The notes beneath the pieces were generated by a model. It saw nothing but the letters and a program-made list of their open reading frames with translations. It did not search any database and had not been told where the DNA came from. Below are positions 15,477 through 23,412 of a stretch of DNA of 24,524 nt, piece after piece (position 1 is the stretch's first letter; the number at the start of each line of letters is the position of its first letter). Source of the stretch: Candidatus Hermodarchaeota archaeon (lineage in GTDB: Archaea; Asgardarchaeota; Thorarchaeia; Thorarchaeales; Thorarchaeaceae); assembly GCA_048885865.1 (NCBI GenBank), contig JBHLLF010000039.1:1-24524 (forward strand), read 5' to 3'. A program made the translations under genes and the position numbers.

Positions 15477-17120
15477 ATGGCAACTGATGAAGTCAAGCCG
15501 GTTCCAGAGGAACCCGTCACTCATGAGGATTCTGGCGGTTATGCTAGGTTTCAGGTAGAGAAGTATCCTGAGAGGCAGCTTCCCTACAAGACACAATCGA
15601 TCTGTCCTGAGTGCTTCTTGACAAATGATGATGTTAAGGTAATAGATGCCACGCTCTATGAGGAAGATGGGAAGGTCATGTACAAGAAGACCTGTGATGA
15701 GCATGGCGAGTTTATTGACGTTTATTGGGGCGACGCTAAGATGTTTAGAGAGGCGTCGAAATGGTGGTACAAGTCAGTGGGTCTAGACAATCCCAGAACT
15801 GAAACAGTAAAGGGATGTCCAGAAGACTGCGGGCAATGTCCCGAACACAAATCACACACTGCACTGGCTCTTCTGGACGTCACGAATAGATGCAATCTAA
15901 GATGTCCAATCTGCTTCGCTGTAGCTGCAGAAGGCGGAACAGTCTATGAGCCTACCCCTGAGGAAGTCTTTGACATGATGGTCAACCTCAGGAGCAATGA
16001 GCCAGTTCCCGCACCTGCTCTTCAGTTCGCAGGCGGTGAGCCCACAGTCAGCAAGCATCTGCCTCAGTACATAAGATGGGCGAAGGAGCTGGGCTTTAGA
16101 CATGTCCAGATTGCGAGCAATGCTATCAGGATTGGAAAGAGCAAGGAGTATTTCCAAGAACTTAGAGACGCAGGACTGTCCACTGTGTATATGCAGTTCG
16201 ACGGTATCACACCTGATCCCTACATCGAAGCACGTGGTTCAAACTTGCTGCCTGTCAAGAAGCAAGCCATTCAGAATGCTCGAGAAATTGGGATGGAGTC
16301 TCTTGTTCTTGTACCAACCGTCGTGAGAGGTGTAAACGAAGATCAAGTTGGCGGTATCATCGAGTTTGCAGTTGAGAACAGGGATGTCATTCGGTGTGTG
16401 AACTTCCAGCCAGTGAGCATCACGGGTCGCATTGACCATGATGCACGTAACGAGATGAGGATCACCATTCCCGATGTCATTCATCTGATTGAGGAACAGA
16501 CTGGTGGAAAGATACCAGCGGACGCATGGTATCCAGTTCCAGCGATGATGCCTGTAGGTAGAGCTCTTGGTCTCATGAAGGGCACTCCCCAGCTTGAGCT
16601 CAGCACTCACTTTGCTTGTGGGATGTCCACATTCATCTACATTAACGAGGATGGCGATTACGAGCCAATTACCAACTTGATCGATGTTTCCAAGTTCCTG
16701 GTTCTACTTGAGGACATTTCCAACCTCTTTGCACAGCAAAAGACTGGTGCTAGTGCACGTGCAAAAGCAAAGCTTGCCGCTGGTGCTAGGCACATCAAGA
16801 GAAAGGGAATCATCAAGGACCTTCTTTCGGCTTTCCTTAATCGAGGCGACTACGAGTCATTGGCAAAGTTCATGCGAAGAATAATCATGATTGGCCTTAT
16901 GCACTTCCAGGACCCCTACAATCTGGATCTGGAACGTATCCAACACTGCGATGTCAACTACGCAGCACCTGATGGTCGGATTATTCCGTTCTGCACCATG
17001 AACACCATCCACAGGTCAAGACTGGAAGACAAGTTCGCTCAGCCATTGGATCAGTGGAGGAACAGACACAAGCCCAGTCAGGTTGAAGAAGAGAGCATCT
17101 CAAAGCCTTACAAGGGATAG
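15477..17120 (+). CDS. tes: Tetraether lipid synthase (Tes / GDGT-MAS, MJ0619-family radical SAM enzyme)
   Basis: N-terminal SICPEC...KTCDEHG, GCPEDCGQCPEHKSHT, radical SAM CNLRCPIC, GGEPT, MQFDG, NFQPVS, HFACG, MHFQDPYN and DGRIIPFC. Confidence 0.88.
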   Translation: MATDEVKPVPEEPVTHEDSGGYARFQVEKYPERQLPYKTQSICPECFLTNDDVKVIDATLYEEDGKVMYKKTCDEHGEFIDVYWGDAKMFREASKWWYKSVGLDNPRTETVKGCPEDCGQCPEHKSHTALALLDVTNRCNLRCPICFAVAAEGGTVYEPTPEEVFDMMVNLRSNEPVPAPALQFAGGEPTVSKHLPQYIRWAKELGFRHVQIASNAIRIGKSKEYFQELRDAGLSTVYMQFDGITPDPYIEARGSNLLPVKKQAIQNAREIGMESLVLVPTVVRGVNEDQVGGIIEFAVENRDVIRCVNFQPVSITGRIDHDARNEMRITIPDVIHLIEEQTGGKIPADAWYPVPAMMPVGRALGLMKGTPQLELSTHFACGMSTFIYINEDGDYEPITNLIDVSKFLVLLEDISNLFAQQKTGASARAKAKLAAGARHIKRKGIIKDLLSAFLNRGDYESLAKFMRRIIMIGLMHFQDPYNLDLERIQHCDVNYAAPDGRIIPFCTMNTIHRSRLEDKFAQPLDQWRNRHKPSQVEEESISKPYKG

Positions 17121-17130
17121 TACTCCCAGC

Positions 17131-17176
17131 TGGGATGAAGGAGCTCTGCTCCTCATCTCACTCATCTTTTACTTTA
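17131..17176 (+). terminator. 3' hairpin plus T-rich tract after tes
   Basis: TGGGATGA-a-GGAGC-tct-GCTCC-TCATCTCA, followed by CTCATCTTTTACTTT. Confidence 0.55.
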
Positions 17177-17370
17177 AGAAAGAAACTTTTTCAGTGCTGA
17201 AACTTAGAGTATGTTTCTAATTCTCGGCTCCGCCCCTTCAAAAACGCAACAAAGGCGCGCTTTACAGAGGTCTAGAAAACCAACTTCAGAGGGGACTTTA
17301 AGAATACTTAACAAGATGCTCTATCCGCATGCCATAAATTTAATAAGTTAGCTCAGCACTAGGCCTTTAA

Positions 17371-17506
17371 CGCGGTGGGTGTGTGGGACATGTCCATCGC
17401 TACAATATATGAACGGCGAGCATGTGGGCTAGTTTTTCGTTACATGCCCTCAATTACGAAACTCCCCCCTCCTACCACGATTTCCCGCGTGCTCGCCACC
17501 TCCTAA
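17371..17506 (+). ncRNA. Candidate structured small RNA or small-ORF mRNA (38-aa ATG ORF at 17390-17506)
   Basis: TATA-like TTTAATAA (~17339-17346). A 14-bp helix GGCGAGCATGTGGG/CCCGCGTGCTCGCC has two G-U pairs. It encloses a TTTCGT/ACGAAA hairpin and a C-rich loop. Confidence 0.5.
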
Positions 17507-17570
17507 TTCTACTCACCCAAATGATGTCAGATAAAATCCTTAATTAGCAAACAGCCCATCTCGATGTCGG

Positions 17571-18494
17571 ATGTTGATTATGAATCACAGGCGAGAGATC
17601 AAGCTACTACAGGTTGATGTTTTCACCGATACGCCTTATGGTGGGAATCCTGCAGCAGTCATTATGGCTCCAGAGAGTCTGAATGACAGTGACATGGAGA
17701 AGATAGCGCAAGAGATGAATGTCCGAGAAACTGTCTTCGTCCTTAAGTCGAAAGTTGCTGACCACCGATTCAGATACATGACCCCGCGGGGAGAGATAGA
17801 TTTCTCAGGACATGCGACAATAGCAGCTTTCCATGCCCTGATTCATGAAGGCCTCGTGGAGATATATCGGGATGAAACAATGGTGAGTTTTGAAACTAAG
17901 GCCGGTCTAATGCAAGCTGATATCGTGAAAAACGAAACCACAAGGTTGCATGAGGTGCAGATTACTCATCAGAAGCCACAGTTTCTTGATACTTACGACC
18001 CGAATGATTTCAACGAGGCACTTGGACTCACCCTCGCAGATATTGACCGTCTAGTCCCTATGCAAACAGTTTCGACTGGCATTCCTATTCTTGTTATTCC
18101 ACTCTCAACTTCGAAGGCTTTTGAGAGGATCAGCTGCGATTGGGAACGTCTAATAGAATTACAGCAGGACACTGATTTCGCTTCTATTTGCGTCTTCACA
18201 AGGGATACAAATGATGAAACATCGGATGCGCAGTTAAGGCATTTTGCTCCCTCTTTTGGTGTCAATGAAGACGCAGTGAGTGGCGCTGCAGCTGCATGCG
18301 TAGCTAGCTACATGATTCGATACGGGATTGTTGATGATACGCTTGGAGTCGCAAGTATTGTCATAGAGCAGGGCCATAGCGTTGGCCGTCCTGGTAAGAG
18401 CTTTGTCGAAGTCAGAGGCGACCGAGAAAACATCGAGCTTGTAAAGGTGAGTGGGACCGGCATTCTGGTCATGACTGGGACTCTTTACATCTAA
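17571..18494 (+). CDS. PhzF/YddE-family isomerase (DAP epimerase fold)
   Basis: Motifs VDVFT...GGNPAAV, ETVFV, EIDFSGHATIA, NEDAVSG and EQGHSVGRPG. Confidence 0.9.
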   Translation: MLIMNHRREIKLLQVDVFTDTPYGGNPAAVIMAPESLNDSDMEKIAQEMNVRETVFVLKSKVADHRFRYMTPRGEIDFSGHATIAAFHALIHEGLVEIYRDETMVSFETKAGLMQADIVKNETTRLHEVQITHQKPQFLDTYDPNDFNEALGLTLADIDRLVPMQTVSTGIPILVIPLSTSKAFERISCDWERLIELQQDTDFASICVFTRDTNDETSDAQLRHFAPSFGVNEDAVSGAAAACVASYMIRYGIVDDTLGVASIVIEQGHSVGRPGKSFVEVRGDRENIELVKVSGTGILVMTGTLYI

Positions 18495-18564
18495 CTGAAC
18501 AGGGTCATGCCCTGCTCCAAAGCCTTATCTTTGCAATGCTTTGGTTCTTGCCAAGTGAAAACCC

Positions 18565-19953
18565 ATGCTAGACCTCATGAGCAAAGCTATAGAAGGCATT
18601 TCTGACAAGAAGGTTACATTCGCAGATATCCGCCAGGAATCTCGCGAAGGTACTATGCTTGCTGTCATCAATGGTGCGTTAAGGCGCTTCAATCAGACGA
18701 ATAGAGCGGGCACCGTTGCCAGAGTCCTAGTTGGTGAGTCTTGGGGACAAGCGTCAACAACGCAAAAGGTTACCAAGGAGCGTCTTGAAACACTTCTATC
18801 TGAAGCAACTAAGATGGCAAAGGCAAGCGCAAAGTATTCTCGGAAGGACATTGACATTTCCAATGTCAATTCTGAGCAAAAGTCCGTATGGCTCTCTGTG
18901 AAAGAAAATCCACAGGACGTTTCCACAGAGGAGAAGATTGAGTTTGTTATGGCCGTTGATAAAGGTATGAAGATTGATGACCGAATCATCAATACCAACA
19001 CAAGCTACCAAGATGGGAAATTCGTCTTTAGACTAGTCAATACAGAAGGGGCTAGACTTGAATGGGATGAACTCCGAATTCGAGCCTTTGCATATCCCGT
19101 GGCACGAGAGGGTGAACGGATGTATTATGACTATGATACCGTTGGTGGCCAAACTGGATATGAGTTGATCAGAGGAGTAGACACAAACGAATTCACCGAG
19201 AAAATCGCGAAAGGTGCTTTGGAATTACTGAAAGCGGAGAAGCCGCCTTCAGGCAAGATGACCATTATAATGGATGGTGACACAGCTGGAACTATTGCTC
19301 ATGAGGTCTGTGGTCATGGAAGCGAAGCTGATGAGGTGGTCAAAGAACGCTCATTTCTAACAGGCCTAGTCGGAAAGAGAGTCGGGTCAGATATCGTCAC
19401 AATGGTTGATGATGGAACACTTGAAGGCAAACTGGGGTCCTTCCCCTATGACTCTGAGGGTACTCCTGCTGGGAAGACATTCATCATCAAAGATGGGATT
19501 TTCAGTGGCTACATGCATACCCTGGAAACCGCGGCTTTGATGGGAGTACAGCCGACAGGAAATGGACGTGCTCAGGACTACAATCGCAGAATCTTTGCTC
19601 GAATGAGTAACACATTCTTTGGACCCGGGGAGTGGTCCATAGATGAAATGATTTCAGACACCAAGGATGGTCTGTACATTCTGAAGCCTATGAGCGGCAT
19701 GGAGGATGTGGTTGGTGGTGGAGTTCAGGTGAGTTGTTTGAAAGGCTACGTCATCAAGAATGGAGAGAAACAGCAGCTTGTCAGAAGCAATGCCTTGACT
19801 GGAAAGGTGCTCGACATCCTAGCAACTGTTGATGCAGTCAGCAAAGACATTGACTTCTCTGGAGGAACATGCGGCAAAGGTGAAGAGGACTTTATCTCTG
19901 TGACTAGTGGCGGTCCTCACATGCGCGCCGAGCTCATCGTTGGAGGTGGGTGA
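18565..19953 (+). CDS. tldD: TldD-family metalloprotease subunit
   Basis: HExxxH motif HEVCGH-SEAD, DSEG, TGNGRAQ, RMSNT and C-terminal CGKG...SGGPH. Confidence 0.9.
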   Translation: MLDLMSKAIEGISDKKVTFADIRQESREGTMLAVINGALRRFNQTNRAGTVARVLVGESWGQASTTQKVTKERLETLLSEATKMAKASAKYSRKDIDISNVNSEQKSVWLSVKENPQDVSTEEKIEFVMAVDKGMKIDDRIINTNTSYQDGKFVFRLVNTEGARLEWDELRIRAFAYPVAREGERMYYDYDTVGGQTGYELIRGVDTNEFTEKIAKGALELLKAEKPPSGKMTIIMDGDTAGTIAHEVCGHGSEADEVVKERSFLTGLVGKRVGSDIVTMVDDGTLEGKLGSFPYDSEGTPAGKTFIIKDGIFSGYMHTLETAALMGVQPTGNGRAQDYNRRIFARMSNTFFGPGEWSIDEMISDTKDGLYILKPMSGMEDVVGGGVQVSCLKGYVIKNGEKQQLVRSNALTGKVLDILATVDAVSKDIDFSGGTCGKGEEDFISVTSGGPHMRAELIVGGG

Positions 19954-19954
19954 A

Positions 19955-21316
19955 ATGAACCTGAGTGAGATAGCCAGAGAATTAGTGACCAAGTCAGAAA
20001 ATGCTGGTGCAACACAAGCTGAAGCATATGCAGTCTTGGCTAGGACTTCCAGCATCTACATTGATGACAACATCCCAAAGATTGCAGATGTGAAGGAGGA
20101 GGTAGGTGTCGGACTCAAGTTCATCATAGGCAAGAGAATTGGCTTCACAAGTTCCACGCTTCTGTCTGAGTCTATTGAAGATGTAGTCGATCGTGCAGGG
20201 TCTATGGCAAAGGTTTCTGCAGAAGATGAAAAGTTCGTTTCACTACCTGATTCTAAGAAACCCAGTGGCTCAGCTGATCAATTCTATGACCGATTTACTG
20301 GAGAGGCAGATAGTGATGTTTTGCTTGAGAAGACAATGACACTTGTTTCATCAGCAGTTGGGGATAATGTGAGTGTTCCAAATGGAGTTCTTAGGACGAG
20401 TTCTACTGATTTCCGAATCACGAACTCTCTTGGTGCGGATGCAGAATCTAAGTCTACAATGGTCTTTGGCTATTTCACAGCAAAGGCTGAAGAATCTGGT
20501 TCAGTTGGTGAAGGTGTACAGCGATGCTGGTCTCGGAATCTTGATGACATAGATTTTGCGAAAATTGGGGCAAAGCTGAAGCATCAAGCCATGGACGTAA
20601 TCCAATCTAAAGGGTTCAAAGAGAACTGGAATGATGCTGTGGCAGTGCTAGCTCCCAGCGAAGGTAGCGAGATGCTTGGAAGCATGATTGGATATGCTGT
20701 ATCAGCTGAGAATGTAAACAATCGATCAAGCCCATGGAGTGACAAAATGGGTGAGTTAGTTGCGCATGAAGGCGTGACAGTTGTTGATAACGGTCTCTCT
20801 GAGAAAGGTCTGTTGAGTGCCTTGGTCGATGATGAAGGGACACCAATGCAGAAGACATCCGTTATTGAGAAAGGTGTACTGAAATCATACCTGTATGACA
20901 GCTACAATGCAGCACAAGTTGATTTGAAATCGACTGGAAACGGTATAAGACGGGACTCTCGCGATGCACATGGCTCGTTTTCTAGCCCTGTAAGGTGCAG
21001 GTCAACAACCCTTGAAGTACCAGCTGGTGCAAAGAGCGTGGATGACATAATTGGTGAGGTGAAGCGTGGCGTCTACATTGAGCACTTTGCTTGGCCGCAA
21101 GTGGAGCCTCTTACTGGAACATTTTCCAATGAAATCCGAAATGCACAGCTTATTGAGAATGGAGAGCTGACAACCAAGATCAAATACGCGCTTCTTGTAG
21201 GTAATCTCTTTGAGTCTATCCAGAGTGAAGTTGTGTTTGGCTCAGACTTGGAAGTCCACGACAACCGTGTCATGCCCACAATCGCAATATCTGGCACAGA
21301 GATTGTTGGTCAATAG
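19955..21316 (+). CDS. pmbA: PmbA/TldE-family subunit
   Basis: Follows tldD by 1 nt. Has DDEG and STGNG motifs and lacks HExxxH. ATG 19955 follows the GGAGGTGG SD. Confidence 0.85.
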   Translation: MNLSEIARELVTKSENAGATQAEAYAVLARTSSIYIDDNIPKIADVKEEVGVGLKFIIGKRIGFTSSTLLSESIEDVVDRAGSMAKVSAEDEKFVSLPDSKKPSGSADQFYDRFTGEADSDVLLEKTMTLVSSAVGDNVSVPNGVLRTSSTDFRITNSLGADAESKSTMVFGYFTAKAEESGSVGEGVQRCWSRNLDDIDFAKIGAKLKHQAMDVIQSKGFKENWNDAVAVLAPSEGSEMLGSMIGYAVSAENVNNRSSPWSDKMGELVAHEGVTVVDNGLSEKGLLSALVDDEGTPMQKTSVIEKGVLKSYLYDSYNAAQVDLKSTGNGIRRDSRDAHGSFSSPVRCRSTTLEVPAGAKSVDDIIGEVKRGVYIEHFAWPQVEPLTGTFSNEIRNAQLIENGELTTKIKYALLVGNLFESIQSEVVFGSDLEVHDNRVMPTIAISGTEIVGQ

Positions 21317-21417
21317 ATTCAATTCGTCCAAATGCAAAGTGAATCTCGGCACTTGGAAATCCTAAAAAGGAGGGCACCCCAAAATCGGATGTAGCTCGCT
21401 TGAAGAGAGGGTTCCAC

Positions 21418-22500
21418 ATGAGCAGATTCGAGGAGATTTGGAAAGAAGAAGTAGAGAAGATCAATGCGGCTCTTGAAGAGTTCATCTCAATGAAGAGAGA
21501 ACGAGCATCCCATATGGGTACCATCCATGATGAATACTACGACAACATCAAGGAGTACATCATGCGTGGAGGGAAACGACTCCGACCTTTGGCTCTAATC
21601 GTTGCTCATAAGGCTGTGAAGAAAGAGATTAAGGTTGAACATCTATATCGAGCAGCGTGTTCCTTGGAGATTCTGCACAACGGGTCTCTTTTGCACGATG
21701 ACCTTATTGATCACGATGAAACAAGACGAGGAGGTCCCACCTTTCATGCTCGTTATCGTGAATGGTTCAAGAATCAGTTCGGGGGCACTCCTGAGAGAGC
21801 TGCAGACTTTGGCATGACTCTTGCTATCCTTGGCGGCGACTCCCTAATCAATCTTGGAGCTGAAGCAATCAACGCAGCGGAACTGAGTCCAGAGATTGGG
21901 ATGAAGCTACTAGACTACTACCAGCAAGGATTCAGTGATCTAGTTGAAGGTGTTCTTCTTGAGATGACAATGATAAAGGATCCTACAGTGGAAGAATCTA
22001 CCTATATGGAGATGGTTTACAGAAAGACAGCCACCCTGTTTCAAAAAGCTCTACAGATGGGTGCCACAGTTGCAGGAGCAAGTGACTCTCAACTTGAAGC
22101 CTTTAGCGAGTTTGGATCAAAGGTGGGGCAGGCCTTCCAAATGCAGGATGACATCCTTGGATCATTTGGTGATGAGGAAGTGACAGGGAAGTCTGCTGAA
22201 GGAGATATTCGAGAAGCAAAGAAAACTATGCTCTTGATAAAGGCACTCGAACTGGCGAAGCCTGATCAAAAGAAGATTCTACAAAGCCTTCTCGGGAAGG
22301 AAGGTATGACAGGAGAAGAGGTTGAGAAGGTTAGAACGATCTTCCGTGAGTCTGGTGCGCTTGAAGCCACCGAGGGAATCAGAGATCGCTTGCTCAATGA
22401 TGCACAATCTGCCCTGAAGAATGCTTCTCCTCCACTTGACACGAAATACCTCGAGTTCTTACTAGAACTCTCAGTGTTTCTTACCACAAGGGCATTTTAG
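21418..22500 (+). CDS. trans-Isoprenyl diphosphate synthase (polyprenyl synthetase family)
   Basis: Motifs GGKRLRP, FARM LLHDDLID...RRG, GD, KTA, SARM FQMQDDILG and GKSAEGDIREAKKT. ATG 21418 is preferred over TTG 21400. Confidence 0.92.
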   Translation: MSRFEEIWKEEVEKINAALEEFISMKRERASHMGTIHDEYYDNIKEYIMRGGKRLRPLALIVAHKAVKKEIKVEHLYRAACSLEILHNGSLLHDDLIDHDETRRGGPTFHARYREWFKNQFGGTPERAADFGMTLAILGGDSLINLGAEAINAAELSPEIGMKLLDYYQQGFSDLVEGVLLEMTMIKDPTVEESTYMEMVYRKTATLFQKALQMGATVAGASDSQLEAFSEFGSKVGQAFQMQDDILGSFGDEEVTGKSAEGDIREAKKTMLLIKALELAKPDQKKILQSLLGKEGMTGEEVEKVRTIFRESGALEATEGIRDRLLNDAQSALKNASPPLDTKYLEFLLELSVFLTTRAF

Positions 22501-22504
22501 TATG

Positions 22505-23152
22505 TTATTCATTGCCAATCAGACGAAGACTTAGAAGAAGCACATCTTCCCCCTTGGATGCCAGAATATGCTTCATGGGCTTTCTCATGCCAGGGATGTT
22601 TCTTATGACATATTTCATGAACTCGTCAGGTGATTCCAATAGAGCTCGTCTCATTCCTTTAATATGCTGCATGAGAATATCTCTTGCAGCCTGGTCTGAC
22701 ATTTCCCCTCGGATCACCTTGTCTCTTAGAGTACTCAGAATCTCTTCTGCAATGATTCTGGACTCGGTCACGATTCTACCATGAGGAGTCTTCTTCTTCC
22801 TCCTCTGCTTGTGGCGTGATCGCTTTGCCGCTTCAATCAGTGCCCGAATCTCATCCTCGTCTTGGAGTTCCTCCTCCATCTCTGACTCAATCACCAGCTT
22901 CCTCCAAGCCTTCTTTCCTTGAAACTCAAGAGGTGATACAAAGCCCTTTGCGTGCATCTCCTGCAATTGCTTCTTGAAATCAACTTCCAGCATAACTGAA
23001 CTTCGAGCTGACATATGCAGATACTTCTGATATAGAACTGGCTCAAACTCGATTATGGACCACCCGAATGCCCTGAGTATATCTATCTCTATCTCTCTCT
23101 CATAGTCATCGGGCATCAGTCTATCATACATCCCTATCCGATGCTCCCTCAA
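22505..23152 (-). CDS. Hypothetical protein with acidic linker and highly basic patch
   Basis: 215-aa ORF filling the gap between convergent and divergent genes. The start is uncertain (TTG 23152 or ATG 23131). Confidence 0.7.
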   Translation of the reverse strand: MREHRIGMYDRLMPDDYEREIEIDILRAFGWSIIEFEPVLYQKYLHMSARSSVMLEVDFKKQLQEMHAKGFVSPLEFQGKKAWRKLVIESEMEEELQDEDEIRALIEAAKRSRHKQRRKKKTPHGRIVTESRIIAEEILSTLRDKVIRGEMSDQAARDILMQHIKGMRRALLESPDEFMKYVIRNIPGMRKPMKHILASKGEDVLLLSLRLIGNE

Positions 23153-23412
23153 CTTTTGCAGCTATTATGAGTCAGTCTGAAGCAATATGAAGGTATGCGG
23201 ACTATCAAAAATCGACAGGTCTGACTGCTTGGGCTTTGGCGTTTCCTAAAATGGGGAGCTGACGCAAGAATATCTTGAGCAACTCCCCTTTGCATACGAA
23301 AGACCTTCCTTTTGCTTGATTGATATGCAGTAGGACTTATTACAAGCTGTGGCAAATGTATCCTTCACAGAACTGAACTCTTTGTTCTGTACGTATTAGG
23401 AGAAAGAGAGAA

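Noticed and set aside
17131-17160. SECIS element after tes (ATGA at the helix base)
   Set aside because: ATGA pairs canonically with TCAT, there is no tandem GA quartet, and no gene in the window needs an in-frame TGA readthrough.
17255-17300. Replication origin ORB-like words (TTACAGAGG, TTCAGAGGGG)
   Set aside because: Poor match to the TTCCAGTGGAAAC consensus, not arranged as inverted ORBs, and no orc1/cdc6 gene in the window.
17386-17395. Perfect palindrome GGACATGTCC resembling a p53 half-site
   Set aside because: A single 10-bp palindrome is expected by chance in 24 kb, and the resemblance has no supporting context.
23078-23102. ATCTATCTCTATCTCTCTCTC low-complexity repeat
   Set aside because: It simply encodes EREIEIDI on the minus strand and is not an array.
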